64,000 nucleotides of DNA, from the NCBI GenBank assembly GCA_965203275.1, contig OZ241865.1:544001-608000 (forward strand). Direction: 5' to 3'. This document shows positions 10,775-22,406 of the stretch, one piece after another. Each line of letters starts with the position of its first letter. Position 1 is the first letter of the stretch. The notes below the pieces were generated by a model. It did not search any database and was not told where the DNA came from. It saw nothing but the letters and a program-made list of their open reading frames with translations. Both the position numbers and the translations under genes were made by a program. Source of the DNA: Bdellovibrionales bacterium (GTDB taxonomy: Bacteria; Bdellovibrionota; Bdellovibrionia; Bdellovibrionales; JAUICD01).

Positions 10775-11125
10775 GTTGTTTCACTCAAAATGAGCCACAT
10801 CGCTGGTGTGTTTTTGGGCATTGCTCTGACAGCTTATGCTGTCTAAAAAGAGCAATGCCGTTGGCTCACTAAAAGTGGTCTGGCCTCTGGCCACTTTCTG
10901 GCGATGACCACGACGGCTCACGCCGTCGATAAAATGGTCATCACCTAGAAAGCCTGACCACTTTTAGTAGAGAGGATCTCCTCGTTTTTTAACACGATGT
11001 TAAGGAAACAAAATGCCTTTTCTGCCTGATGCCCTCAAAAGCCTGTTCAATTTTAGGAAGGAGGATCTCTTCGTTTCTTAACACCATGTTAAGGAAACAA
11101 GAAGTTCACTCCCGGGATCCCGGAT
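10762..11125. repeat. Family A repeat cluster
   Basis: Arms with ctcaaaatgagc and ctaaaagtggtc stems; heptamer remnant at the end. Confidence 0.85.
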
Positions 11126-11136
11126 AAACTTAATGA

Positions 11137-12814
11137 TTACTTTGAAGGAACTAACGGAACCAAATTAGGGAAAAGCAATTTTATTGTTCGGGAGACTTTT
11201 TGGAAGTTGGTTAAGCCATTTGCAGGTGTGACCTCGCTTTTAGCTTTACCTTGCTGGATACTTGCAGGTCCTCGCTTTTGAGGCTTCCGCAATAGATAAT
11301 CACTATAACTTAAACCTGATATTTTTTTGTGGAGATTCCTTGCTCGCCTGCCACTACCTAAATTTGTATATCGACCATTCACAAGAGCATGGACATTCCC
11401 ATCCTTATCCACCTTTATCACAGATGATCCTGCCAGTGGCTTTAATCCTTCTGCACCATCTCCGCTTGCAAAATCAGAGCCTAAGCCACCACTGCCAGAG
11501 CCTCCTCCACTGCCAGAACCTCCACCAGCAGAACCACCAGCACTTCCGCCACCAGCAAAGCTTACACCTTTTAATCCTAAACTTGTATGACCACTTAAAG
11601 GGTCGACCTTATTCTTAGCTAAATCGGCCGCTCTTTTTTTACATTGAGGCAATTGAGAGAGATGTTTACAAATAACTTCTATACCTTCTGAATGGCATAA
11701 ACCACGAGTCGTTGAAGTTGGTAGAGAATTACACTCATCTCTCTTACACTCCGGGCTATCTGGATCTTGTTGACATATTTCAGACGTGGCTAAGTCTTGT
11801 TGCGATTGATCTCCTGGACGTTTGTCCCCCCCCCCCCCCCCTGGGAAGCCTTTGTTTTAAGGGGTTTGAAGTGATGGCATTGGCATTCGTATGACCGGGA
11901 CCGGGGGCATCTTTTTTGCCGGCAAAGAGGCTATCTACACTATGGCAAAAATCTATCTTTGGATGTTGTTTGCAAAAGGCCACCTCACCTAGTTGTTGAC
12001 AGAGGTTTTTTTTAGCTAGCGGAAGTTGATCGCAATTAGAAGAATCGCTCAACTCACCGGATCCACCCAAACCATCTACGCAGTCTTTAGCTTGCTTAAT
12101 GGCATCTGTATTACGAGCTATCTGAAGATCGCTGGTTTTCTTAACACTGGCCCATTTGCTAGCACAGCTTGCCATACTCTTGCTAATAGCGGTCATCTCT
12201 GCCCAGAACATAGCTTTGGCCGTAGGTTCAATAGCAGCAGCGTGGGCTACCTTAGCATTTTTAAGGGCCATACCACAAGTGGTTTTACATGAGAGGATGG
12301 CCGTATGGCATTTGCCTGTGATGGATTGATTGATTTTTTTAGTTGCTTCATTCATCTGTTGTACCAACTGGCACTGGTCCTTCTGACTTCCATTGCTATT
12401 ATTGGCCATCATCTGTTCGAAGCGATCTGTGACAGGTTTGGTCGCCGATGCATAAGCCTTCTGATTGCATGCTAAATCTAGGACTGTGCTTTGAATAGTA
12501 GTGCAAGCCATTGAATATATACCAAATCTATTGCCACTTTTAGCACCTTCAGTCGCTGGAGTTGTACCTGCAGGTTTATTTCTTAAACCTTCTATTGTTT
12601 CAGTATGCCGAGGGCTTGTAGTGGGAGTTGTTACAAGGCCTTGTTGCTCATAAGGGATTATAGGTCTACCTGCAAAGCCTCCACCTGGAGCATCTCCAGG
12701 TGAACGTGATTGTGCTAAGCTTAATGTAGGAACAAAGACAAATACCAAGCTAATATAAATAATCAAACTGGAATAACAAAATGAATATCTTAAAAAACAG
12801 CTTTTGTTGATCAC
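11137..12814 (-). pseudogene. Secreted Cys/Gly-rich protein split by a frameshift at a G16 tract (ORFs 11780..12814 and 11137..11652)
   Basis: The frame after the tract is open (DKRPGDQSQQ...CNSLP...LCHSEG..ICKHLSQLPQC) into the second ORF and repeats the upstream Cys pattern CDQLP..LCQQLG..FCKQHPKIDFC. Confidence 0.75.
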
Positions 12815-12981
12815 AAATCAATCCCCCTTTGATTTGAAAGTACATGAAATAAAACCTCACCTACTTTAAAACCTGCAAGGGGGATGCCAAGTTTTAAGGC
12901 ATTTATTTGCTTCTTAGTGTCTATTTTTTATCAAACTGTCAATATTTTAGATAAATTAATATGCTCAACTATAAAATCATT

Positions 12982-13992
12982 TTACCTATATTTTAAACAA
13001 AGCTGTTCTCTGTTTTTTGTACCAGTGTGAGTGCTACCAAAAATTTCTTGATTAAAATTAACATTAGCTTCTTGATACGCTTGATCACTCCCATATCCTT
13101 TTATATATATATATACACTTGCTTCATTGATATAAATTTGATAATATTGTTGATTATATTCTTGCCCTGTTATCTGATTGTTACAAAATTTCTTTAAAAG
13201 ATTAATATAATTGCCTCTTGTTTGATGGTCATGTCTAACTTCTGCCAGGTCCATAATGGATCTACCAGATCCATTCCTTACAAAACGGTCTACATTTTTA
13301 CCTACATTTTCACCTTCATACATAAATGTCATTATAGCCCAAGAAGCTCCTTTTGTCAATGGAGTTAAGGAATCCTGTAGGGCAATATGTAAAGGGCGGT
13401 CACCCCTGCCACAATCATAATTAACATCTAAACCTGGCGTAAGCATCACAGCCTCCATACGGCTTTTAGCTTGAGCTTGACTCTGTCGATAGAATGACTG
13501 CCACCAACGCGGGTCACACAGGTTATTATGAGCTTCGGCTCTTGCCTCAAAGCCACGTCTGACTTCATTACACACACTGCGATCGATCCGGCCTCTATCA
13601 CATTGGTCAGTGATCACTTGATTGGGTGTTTGACGAGTGTAAGGGTCTTGATGATCCAAATTAGCACCTGCCCGTATCAATGCCAGGACCACATCAGCTC
13701 TGCCATAATCTAAGGCAAGTAGCAGTGGCGATGACCCACTTGAGCAAGATTGATTGACGTTAGAGCCACTTCTGATAGCATTTGATACATCGTTACTACT
13801 GGCAGAACTATACCAATCAATATTACAAAGGTTAGTAGTTTGAGCTAAAACAGCCACCGAGCTTAAAAGCAGAGCCATTAAAAACACCCCTACCATCTTC
13901 AAACTAAAACTTGTTACCTTTGTACCTAAACCTGCCACTTCTCTTAAACTTGCTACTTTCTTACTAATTTTTTTAATGCTTAATTTTTTCAT
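12982..13992 (-). CDS. Secreted ankyrin-repeat protein
   Basis: SPLLLALDYGRADVVLALIRAGANLD and GDRPLHIAL; signal peptide ending VLA. Confidence 0.75.
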   Translation of the reverse strand: MKKLSIKKISKKVASLREVAGLGTKVTSFSLKMVGVFLMALLLSSVAVLAQTTNLCNIDWYSSASSNDVSNAIRSGSNVNQSCSSGSSPLLLALDYGRADVVLALIRAGANLDHQDPYTRQTPNQVITDQCDRGRIDRSVCNEVRRGFEARAEAHNNLCDPRWWQSFYRQSQAQAKSRMEAVMLTPGLDVNYDCGRGDRPLHIALQDSLTPLTKGASWAIMTFMYEGENVGKNVDRFVRNGSGRSIMDLAEVRHDHQTRGNYINLLKKFCNNQITGQEYNQQYYQIYINEASVYIYIKGYGSDQAYQEANVNFNQEIFGSTHTGTKNREQLCLKYR

Positions 13993-14024
13993 AATATCTC
14001 TCCTTCTTTAAGTCTTTTAAGTTT

Positions 14025-14790
14025 GTTTCACTAAAAGTAAACTGACCTCTGTTTCCCTAAAATTGAACTAGCCTCTGGCTACTTTCTGGCAATGACCGCG
14101 TTTGTCTCACTAAAAATAAACCAGCCTCTGGCTGTTTTTGGGCAATCAGCCCGACGGCTCTCGCCGTCGATCAAAGGCTGATTGCCTCAAAAATCCGTTT
14201 ATTTTTAGTAGGAAGAATCCTCTTGTCTCTTTACACGATGTTAAGGAAACAAGATGTTTATTTCCCATTGACAAAATGGTCATTGCCTAGAAAGCTTGTT
14301 CAATTTTAGGAAGGAGGATCTCTTCCTTTTTTAACATGATGTTAAGGAAAAAGATTTCCTTCTGATGCCGGCTTGCCCGATTGCCGGATCCCAGATCCCG
14401 GAATGAACACTATGTTAAGGAAAAAGTTCCTTCCATGACCTATTATGCACAGATTACAAACGATTGCAAACGAAAACAACCCACATTGTAAAGGTTATAG
14501 AGTACTTTGTAAATTTTACATGGTTTTTTTCACTCAAAGTGAACTGGCCTCTGGCCACTTTTGGACAATGACCGCAAAGGCTTTCGCCTTTGACAAAATG
14601 GTCATTGTCTCAAAAGCCTGTTCACTTTGAGTAGGGAGGATCTCTTCGTTTCTTAACACAATGTTAAGGAAAAAGTTCATTCTTACACCTTTTGGCTGTC
14701 GCCGTCGATCAAAGGCTAACTGCCTCAAAAGCCTGTTCAATTTTAGGAAGGAGGATCTCCTCGTCTCTTTACAGCATGTTAAGGAAACAA
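14025..14790. repeat. Family A repeat cluster with nested arm and heptamer tail
   Basis: Outer stem cctaaaattgaac (14056) / gttcaattttagg (about 14298) encloses a complete inner arm. Confidence 0.88.
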
Positions 14791-14826
14791 AGCATTCCTT
14801 TTTTTTATTTTTTTTATTCTTTTTTA

Positions 14827-15020
14827 GATTCTGCGTAAATCTCAAACAAAAAATAATTAGGTGGAGGATGGGGCAGTGGGAGACTGAAGATCTTCCGCAA
14901 ATTGAGCTTGCTCTTAAAGAGCAAGCTCAATTGAGGACTTCGGAAGGCTCACACTGCCCCATCCTCAAATAAAAATAAAATATAAAAGCAGAATCGAAGG
15001 GTGGCGGGTGGGGTTAGGGA
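14827..15020. repeat. Family B long hairpin repeat with G-rich tail
   Basis: gattctgc/gcagaatc, gaggatggggcagtg/cactgccccatcctc, aattgagcttgctc/gagcaagctcaatt; partial copies at 25100-25195, 62357-62420 (x3) and 63709-63800. Confidence 0.8.
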
Positions 15021-15215
15021 GTTTGGTTCACTAAAAGTGGTCTAGCCGTCATTTTCACTCAAAATGCATAGATTTTTAAGTGAAATGTTAAAGGAAAAAA
15101 AAGAAAATCTTAAAGTTGTTGCAAACATCAAAGTCAATTCTCAATTACAAGATTGGTTTTTTAGATTAAAAGATTAAGCAATGAAGACATACCTTCTATG
15201 AATGAAGTGAAATGA

Positions 15216-16115
15216 TTAAATCTGAATGCCCCCTCGGATCATCAAACCCCAAAGTCGACCTGTTTCAAGTCTCTCTGCTTGGTTATGTGAGATTGTAATG
15301 CCTTCTAGAGTCATATTTTGTGTTTTAAAAAGCACTTCCATAAAGAAACTGCGAAAATTACCTCCTATCCCAGCTTGCCCTCCTATCCCCCCTGTAATTT
15401 TAGGAGGGAGGGGGTTACGTCCTACAAATCCTCCTATTCCAGAAGGCTGGGTTCGAAAACCAATAGGTATAAAAAAATTAGGTCCAGCAAAAATATAAAC
15501 CATTGGCATCACTTGATATTGAGCAGAAACTTCTGCACTTAAAATAGAATACCAAAACTGATCAGATAGAGGACAAAGAAGATAATCCCTATCTCGACTA
15601 CTTTGTCCACATCCATGTCCTCTTTGTATTGGCTGACTACCACCATAATTATTATCATATTGTTTGTATTTATACTGCTCCACTTTGCTTTGAAGCTCAA
15701 AACTCAGAGTGGCTATAGCACCTATCTGATTTGTGAGAAACATAAAAACACTGCCACCAAAAGAAAAAGACCCTAACACCTCTTTATGAGGAAAGATATA
15801 TTCCATAGACGAATTTGCAAAACGGTTTCTGAATCCTCCATAAAGTGAATTTGAGGCAACATGGCTTTTAATGTTAGAAGCAAAATTAAAAGCTCCAAAA
15901 AATCTAAGTCCAAAACGACGAGGAGATGATCTCAATGAAGAACCTACAGCATAACTACCAAGCTGTTGCTCTTCTTCAAAGCTTCTTCCTGAACCGGGGT
16001 TGTTTTGAGATTGTGCTAACAAAAGTGCATTCAAATCATTTGAGCTACTTGCTTGAGGCTTGAGAAATAAAAAAATAAAAAAACAAATGACATAAAGTAT
16101 TGTATTAAAATTCAT
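15216..16115 (-). CDS. Probable outer-membrane beta-barrel protein
   Basis: Signal peptide; alternating hydrophobic beta-strand pattern; terminal strand WGLMIRGGIQI. Confidence 0.6.
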   Translation of the reverse strand: MNFNTILYVICFFIFLFLKPQASSSNDLNALLLAQSQNNPGSGRSFEEEQQLGSYAVGSSLRSSPRRFGLRFFGAFNFASNIKSHVASNSLYGGFRNRFANSSMEYIFPHKEVLGSFSFGGSVFMFLTNQIGAIATLSFELQSKVEQYKYKQYDNNYGGSQPIQRGHGCGQSSRDRDYLLCPLSDQFWYSILSAEVSAQYQVMPMVYIFAGPNFFIPIGFRTQPSGIGGFVGRNPLPPKITGGIGGQAGIGGNFRSFFMEVLFKTQNMTLEGITISHNQAERLETGRLWGLMIRGGIQI

Positions 16116-16376
16116 AATACTTTTATTATACTATTTTAATACCTGTATTTTGTTAAAAAGTTGAAAAACTTATTTCATAACTATACTTTTAGCTAATAGA
16201 TAGCTAATAAAAATCTATAAAAAGCACTCAAGCATTCAAATAAAATAATCCCTTTATAAAAAATAAATGCTTTCATACTCCATAAAACTTCATAAAATTT
16301 TCAAAAAAGAAAATAAATAGCAAATCCTGTATGACTATAAAGGACTATAAATCCTTTAGAATGTAACAATATCTAT

Positions 16377-16700
16377 CTATAGATGTTTTAAAATCAAGTC
16401 TTTGATATTCTCCTCAGATTGATTGCCAATGATTTGGTCTATTTGCTGACCATCTTTAAATAAAGCAAGGGTAGGGATACTACGGACACCATAAGTAGCT
16501 GGTATGTCAGGATTTTGGTCAATATTCATCTTTACAACAGTGAGTTGATCATTTAAATCATTGGAAATATTATCTATTTTTGGAGCTAATGCCTTACAGG
16601 GGCCACACCAAGGGGCCCAAAAATCCACTAAAACAAGCCTTTGAGCATCTAAAACATCCGTATAAAAACTCTTATCAGTAACTTCTTTTGTCATAATCAT
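16377..16700 (-). CDS. trxA: Thioredoxin
   Basis: DFWAPWCGPCK and VRSIPTL. Confidence 0.96.
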   Translation of the reverse strand: MIMTKEVTDKSFYTDVLDAQRLVLVDFWAPWCGPCKALAPKIDNISNDLNDQLTVVKMNIDQNPDIPATYGVRSIPTLALFKDGQQIDQIIGNQSEENIKDLILKHL

Positions 16701-16902
16701 CCTCCTTAGAAAGAAATTAAAAAACCTAAAATATTTACATTATTGCTTCATTTGAAATTTATTTTGACACTATTTTTATACCTAGACTTAACCGATGACA
16801 ATAAAAATATTGTCAAAAAGACAGCTAAGCAAAAAAAATATTCATTTTTTAATTCAAAAGTCTTAAAAAAAGCCGATAAGGTTATAGAGAGGTTAAAAAA
16901 TT

Positions 16903-18885
16903 ATGGAAAAAAAGGACATTGAAATACTTATTGTTGAAGATAATCTGCAATTTGGCAATACTCTTAAAGAAGCCATTAAAAACGCAGGTTATCGGGCCAC
17001 CCTTGCAACCACTCCCAAAGAGGCCCTCTATTATCACAAAATTCACTTTATTAGTGGGTTTGTCATTGATTGCCTATTGCCAGAGATGACAGCCCTTGAT
17101 TTGGCTTTAAAATTTAGAGAAATAGACAATTCTTCTGAAAAGCCTTTGTTTTTTATCAGTGGAGTTTTAAAAACAGAAGAAGTATTTGATGAATTAAAAG
17201 CAAAAACCAATGCTAGCGACTTTTTATCAAAACCCTTTCCTTTAGATGATTTGATCAAAAAGATCAACAAAAAATTTACAAAACATATCAAGCCCAAAGA
17301 GAGTTCTATTACAACTGCCTTTATTAAACAATATCTCTCTTTTAAAGAAAGGCTTTCTATTGTGAGTGAAGTCAAAAAGTTACATGGATTTATGTTGCCT
17401 CAAATGATCAAATTGCTTTTATATGATAAAATTTCTGGTGTTTTAAGACTCACAGCAGATAATAAAAGTGAACAAAGTATTCATTTTTCAAATGGGGCTA
17501 TTACATCTATAGAAACCAATCAAAAAGATAGAAAGTCTTTTTTTGGAGATATCCTTATTAAAAAAAATATCTTGTCCTTTGAAGATTTACAACCCTTCTT
17601 AGATGAGCAAACCAATAAAAAAAATATAGAGAAAATTGGCTCAAGACTTGTTAAAGCTAACTTAATGAGTCCTCACATGATAGCTCTTGTTGTACAAGAA
17701 CAAGTCAGTATGCGTTTAATAAATCTTGTACAAGACATGTACTATAATGTTTCATTTGAAGAGAGTCTGATCCAAGCAAATAAACAACAAACAAACATTA
17801 GACAAAAAGAACTTCATAATATTTATATTGAATACCTCATATCAAAATTACCTATTCAGCAAATAAAGAATACTTACTTGAATAAACTTAACTATCAAAT
17901 TCATACAACAACAGAATTTTCTATTTCAAGGTTTACTTTTCCTACATGTAAAGAGACAATAAATATTTTAAAGTCAATACAAACAGAAAAGCACTCTATT
18001 TTATCTTTATTAAATAAATATTCTAAATGGAATAACGATGTTTATTTCATTTTGCATTTACTTTTGATGAATCAAATGGTTTATCTACAATATGTCAATA
18101 TTGAAGAGACACTACAGACAAAAATCCTCCGATTAAAAAAGATCACAAATGATCTTAATAACCAAAATTACTTTGAAATATTAAATGTTTCGAAAAAATC
18201 TCAGGTATCTGATGTGACAAAAGCTTTTAAAAACCTATCTACTGTCTTTTATCCTAATGCAACAAATATTCAAGGGTCTAAAGAATGTGAGGTTTTACTC
18301 AGTGGCATCTTTAATAGAATTAAAACAGCTTATACAATATTATCTGATAAAAAGAAGAGAAGTGACTATGAGCTTTCCTTAGAGCATGGCAATTTTAAAG
18401 TGTTGGAACAATCAAGACAGCTTTTTGAAGAAGGCAAAAAGGCTCTCCATACGAACAACAGAAAAACAGCTTTAGAACTACTACAAAAAGCTGTTGATAT
18501 GCATACAAACTCCACTGCTGAAATGCGTCTTTATTTGATTTGGTCTCAATTGGTCAATGTCTCTAGTCAAGACAAGTTATCTAATCAAGACAAGTTATCT
18601 AATAAAGCCAATAGTATTAAAATGGCCTTTAATACTATTCCTCCAGAATCTCGAAATACAGCTTTGTTTTATTTTGTAAGAGGTTTGTTCTACAAAGAGT
18701 TAGGTGATAAAGAAGCTGCTTTACAACATTTGAAATATGCTGTTCATCTTGATCACAATCTCAAAGAAGCAAAACAAGAATTACAAGCCATCACTTACAC
18801 TATGAAAAAGCCTATTAATATTTTAAAAGGCGACCTCAAAGATGTTCTTAGAGCTATTCCTTTTTTCAAAAGAAAATCAGGATAA
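16903..18885 (+). CDS. Receiver-domain / J-like domain / TPR protein
   Basis: ILIVED..VIDCLLP..SKPF receiver; NYFEILNV..AYTILSDKKKRSDY J-like domain; C-terminal TPR. Confidence 0.8.
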   Translation: MEKKDIEILIVEDNLQFGNTLKEAIKNAGYRATLATTPKEALYYHKIHFISGFVIDCLLPEMTALDLALKFREIDNSSEKPLFFISGVLKTEEVFDELKAKTNASDFLSKPFPLDDLIKKINKKFTKHIKPKESSITTAFIKQYLSFKERLSIVSEVKKLHGFMLPQMIKLLLYDKISGVLRLTADNKSEQSIHFSNGAITSIETNQKDRKSFFGDILIKKNILSFEDLQPFLDEQTNKKNIEKIGSRLVKANLMSPHMIALVVQEQVSMRLINLVQDMYYNVSFEESLIQANKQQTNIRQKELHNIYIEYLISKLPIQQIKNTYLNKLNYQIHTTTEFSISRFTFPTCKETINILKSIQTEKHSILSLLNKYSKWNNDVYFILHLLLMNQMVYLQYVNIEETLQTKILRLKKITNDLNNQNYFEILNVSKKSQVSDVTKAFKNLSTVFYPNATNIQGSKECEVLLSGIFNRIKTAYTILSDKKKRSDYELSLEHGNFKVLEQSRQLFEEGKKALHTNNRKTALELLQKAVDMHTNSTAEMRLYLIWSQLVNVSSQDKLSNQDKLSNKANSIKMAFNTIPPESRNTALFYFVRGLFYKELGDKEAALQHLKYAVHLDHNLKEAKQELQAITYTMKKPINILKGDLKDVLRAIPFFKRKSG

Positions 18886-19120
18886 AGTCAAAATAACAGA
18901 AAAAATATTTTTGACTTTATTCGGGTGATCAATTAAAGTTTCAGTTTCAAGGCATTGTTCACGGATGTTTCTGTACATTCATTGAATAAGCTAATCATCT
19001 TAAAACTTACGATATGAACATATCGTTTAAACGCTTAGACGTTTAGACGTTTAGACGTTTAGACAGCAAATAAATGACAAAACACAAAACTTGCTATGAG
19101 GGTTATAAGGAGGTTTCAAA

Positions 19121-19672
19121 GTGGCATTAACTTACACACCGTCAGTAGCTATGAATACACCTTGCCCAGAATTTAAGCTTCAGAGTATGGATGAACAATG
19201 GTATAGTCGAGCAGACTTCAAAGACAAAGGTTTGATAGTGGCATTTATCTGCAATCATTGTCCTTATGTGCAGGCTGTAGAAGACAGAATAATTACCTTA
19301 AATAAAAAAGCCCTTCAATTTAACTTTCAGACTATAGGAATATGCTCTAATGATGCAGAAGGATATCCTGAAGATTCTTACAAAAATCTTCAAAAACGTT
19401 GGAAGCAAAAAAACTATGACTTTATTTATTTGCATGACCCATCTCAAAAAGTAGCTCAAGCTTTTACAGCAGTTTGTACGCCTGATTTTTTTGTCTATAA
19501 TAGAAAGCATCTTTTAAAATACAGAGGGCGATTAGATGATTCTTGGCAAGATGCTAGCAAAGTGACTCGGCAAGAGCTTTTAGATGCTGTTAAACTCATT
19601 GCAAATGATCAAGTGGTAGATTTTAAACAATATCCTTCTATGGGTTGTTCTATCAAATGGCTTAATGAGTGA
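19121..19672 (+). CDS. AhpC/TSA-like thioredoxin-family protein
   Basis: FICNHCPYV, AVCTPDFF, YRGRLDD and SMGCSIKW. Confidence 0.9.
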   Translation: MALTYTPSVAMNTPCPEFKLQSMDEQWYSRADFKDKGLIVAFICNHCPYVQAVEDRIITLNKKALQFNFQTIGICSNDAEGYPEDSYKNLQKRWKQKNYDFIYLHDPSQKVAQAFTAVCTPDFFVYNRKHLLKYRGRLDDSWQDASKVTRQELLDAVKLIANDQVVDFKQYPSMGCSIKWLNE

Positions 19673-19855
19673 CCGTTCTATGATTCTATGACAAATAAGT
19701 CAAACTTTGTCGATGAATTAAAATGCCACACGTTCTGTTAAATTCATTTTTTATGTCAGTCAACTATCAATGCTATCGTCTTGTTTTTACCCATTATTTT
19801 CTTAAAATAGAAATATAATCAAATGAAGTTATGTTAAAATATGTAAATATAGCTG

Positions 19856-20719
19856 GTGATACTATCAGCAAATAATGAAATAACTCATTTATGCAGATTC
19901 AGAGGAATTGCAATGTTATTAAGGTTTTTATTCTTTCTTATGCCATTTCTACTGTGTACCAGTTGGATACAAATATCCACTGCACAACCACTAGACGAAG
20001 ATGTGTCTCAAGAAGAAAGAAAATCTCCTCCACCTATTTATGTAGCACCTCAACATCTTTCAGCAGAGGAAGTGAGAGATTTGGTTCTTTCTAAGGATAT
20101 TGTTGTCATTCATAGAAAGTTTTTACCTAAGACATCTCGGTTTGAGTTCTTTCCTAATGTGGGATGGTTAATCAATAATCCTTTTTATTATAACTTTGTA
20201 GGTTCTGGAAGGTTAGGATTTCATTTCAGTGAATATTTGGGTATGGAGCTTTTTGGTGGTTATGTCTTTGGACTGAGGCGTAAAGTCACAAGAGATTTAG
20301 AAAGTAGACAGATTGAAGTCAATGGTGTGGTTTCTCCAAGATATCTTTATGGTATAAGTATTAAATACACACCTTTTTATGGCAAGTTTGCTAGAATAGG
20401 AGGTGGTATTTTACCTTTTGATATGTATCTGAGTGGAGGAGGAGGCATGTCTCAACTAGAAACTAGATATAAAGGAAATCTGACACACCGACAGGAATGT
20501 AATGCAAAAGCGATCACAGTTAATTTAGAAGCAGGTCAGCTTATTCCTCTATCTAAAGGAAGTGCTTTAAGATGGAGTGTAGGATGGTTTTTGCATCCTA
20601 AAATTTTTGATTGGAGTTGTGACGGGGGAGCAACACCTAATTTGGATTTGGGATTTCAAACCGATGTTTATATGTCATTAGGTTGGAGTTTATTTTTCCC
20701 TGGAGCTAAATATAGATAG
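19856..20719 (+). CDS. Outer-membrane beta-barrel protein (GltA/GltB-like); start probably ATG near 19913
   Basis: RFEFFP..NNPFY, PFYGKF, terminal aromatic strand; adjacent to the GltC-like gene. Confidence 0.65.
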   Translation: MILSANNEITHLCRFRGIAMLLRFLFFLMPFLLCTSWIQISTAQPLDEDVSQEERKSPPPIYVAPQHLSAEEVRDLVLSKDIVVIHRKFLPKTSRFEFFPNVGWLINNPFYYNFVGSGRLGFHFSEYLGMELFGGYVFGLRRKVTRDLESRQIEVNGVVSPRYLYGISIKYTPFYGKFARIGGGILPFDMYLSGGGGMSQLETRYKGNLTHRQECNAKAITVNLEAGQLIPLSKGSALRWSVGWFLHPKIFDWSCDGGATPNLDLGFQTDVYMSLGWSLFFPGAKYR

Positions 20720-20759
20720 AAAAAATGCCGATAAAGTCAATAAAATACTTTTTGAGAGA

Positions 20760-22406
20760 ATGTTGATTATGTGTAAATATATTCATGTTGATCTACTGAC
20801 AAAAGTTTTAAAGTGGCACACATTGGTGTTTCTTATCACTTATTTTGCCTTAGATACCCCTACAGAAATATCTTCTATAAAACATATAATGCGTTTTTCA
20901 TCAGCAGAAGCGCAAACTAAAAGGCCACAGCAAAAGAGAAAATCAAGAGCTTTAAGGCAGTTAGGTGAGGCTGTCGGTTTGTTGAAAGAAGACAGATTTG
21001 AAGAAGCCTCTCAAATACTTTTTGACTTACGCTCTCACTCATCGTTTAGGAGGCGAGGACGTATTTATTATATTTTAGGGCTAACACTTTTTAAAATGAA
21101 TTTATTCCAAATCTCTGCCTTTCAATTTTCTGAGGTCATTCGCAGAAAAGATCCTAAGTATCTTCAACCCAGTGTAGAAAAGCTTATTCTTTTGACAAAT
21201 GAAATTTTAAGCTCAAGTGCTGTGTTAAATTATGCACTGGGTAATATTGATTTAGCGTCATTTCCAAAAGCTCATAGAGATCGCCTTCATCTGCGTATTG
21301 GTGAAGTACAAGTTAATAATAAACAATTTTCAGAAGCTATAAGAACTTTAAGAAACATTAATTCCAATAGTAAAGTCTATCCTCATGCAAAATATTTAGA
21401 AGGATTATCTTATGCAGAATTAAATCGGCCACGACGAGCATTGAGGTCTTTTTCTCGTATAGTAGATAGCAGAGCAAACCATCCTGTGAACGATCGTATA
21501 AAGGCTATGGGACTTATGGGCATGGCCCGATCTGCTTATCAGCTTAAAGATTGGAATCGAGCTATTGATCTCTACAGACGTATTCCTAGAGATACACAAG
21601 AATGGTTTGATTCTCTTTTTGAGTTGACATGGGCCCAGATGCGAGCTGCTCAATTTCGATTTGTTTTAGGTAATTTTCATTCTTTGCACTCTCCTTATTA
21701 TGAAACAAATTATCAACCAGAATCTTTTATTTTAAGGTCCATTGTTTACCTTTATATCTGTCAATACAAAGAAATGGAAAGAACGCTTAATTTCTTTCAA
21801 AAAGTATATTTTCCTGTGAGAGATAAAATTAGAACTTATATGAGAGCAAATAATAACTCCAGAGATATCTACAGTGATTTTGAGAAGATGTATCAAAATG
21901 GTGATTATTTATATCAAGAACCAGAAAATACAAAGGTCCCTTATATTGCCGTTAAGCATATTTTTACAGAGGAAGATGTCAGCAGTGGTATGTCTTATAT
22001 CACACAAGTTCAAAAAGAACTACAAGCTGTCAACAGTATGTCAGATGCATGGCAAAATTCTAAAATGGGACGTTATGCTAAAAGATTGCTGACTAGAAGA
22101 TTGCAAAATACTAAAAAAGTTGTAGGTGAACAAATTGCTATTCATTTAAGGCGTATAAGAGCTGATTTAGCAAAGTTTATTCGGCAACATGGGCTGGCTC
22201 GCTATGAAATGTTGAATGCTCAAAAGGATGTATTAAAACGTAGAATTGTGGAGCGAGATACCAAAATGCAAAGTCTATCACAAGCAGAACGAAATCGAAA
22301 CTTCTATGTACAAGGAGGTTTTGAATATTGGCCTTTTCAAGGTGAGTATTGGCTAGATGAAGTAGGTAATTATTATTATCTAGGAACCAATACCTGTGCT
22401 AATTAA
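20760..22406 (+). CDS. TPR protein, adventurous-gliding GltC-like
   Basis: Multiple TPRs, LGNFHSLHSPYY, C-terminal EYWPFQGEYWLDEVGNY motif. Confidence 0.7.
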   Translation: MLIMCKYIHVDLLTKVLKWHTLVFLITYFALDTPTEISSIKHIMRFSSAEAQTKRPQQKRKSRALRQLGEAVGLLKEDRFEEASQILFDLRSHSSFRRRGRIYYILGLTLFKMNLFQISAFQFSEVIRRKDPKYLQPSVEKLILLTNEILSSSAVLNYALGNIDLASFPKAHRDRLHLRIGEVQVNNKQFSEAIRTLRNINSNSKVYPHAKYLEGLSYAELNRPRRALRSFSRIVDSRANHPVNDRIKAMGLMGMARSAYQLKDWNRAIDLYRRIPRDTQEWFDSLFELTWAQMRAAQFRFVLGNFHSLHSPYYETNYQPESFILRSIVYLYICQYKEMERTLNFFQKVYFPVRDKIRTYMRANNNSRDIYSDFEKMYQNGDYLYQEPENTKVPYIAVKHIFTEEDVSSGMSYITQVQKELQAVNSMSDAWQNSKMGRYAKRLLTRRLQNTKKVVGEQIAIHLRRIRADLAKFIRQHGLARYEMLNAQKDVLKRRIVERDTKMQSLSQAERNRNFYVQGGFEYWPFQGEYWLDEVGNYYYLGTNTCAN

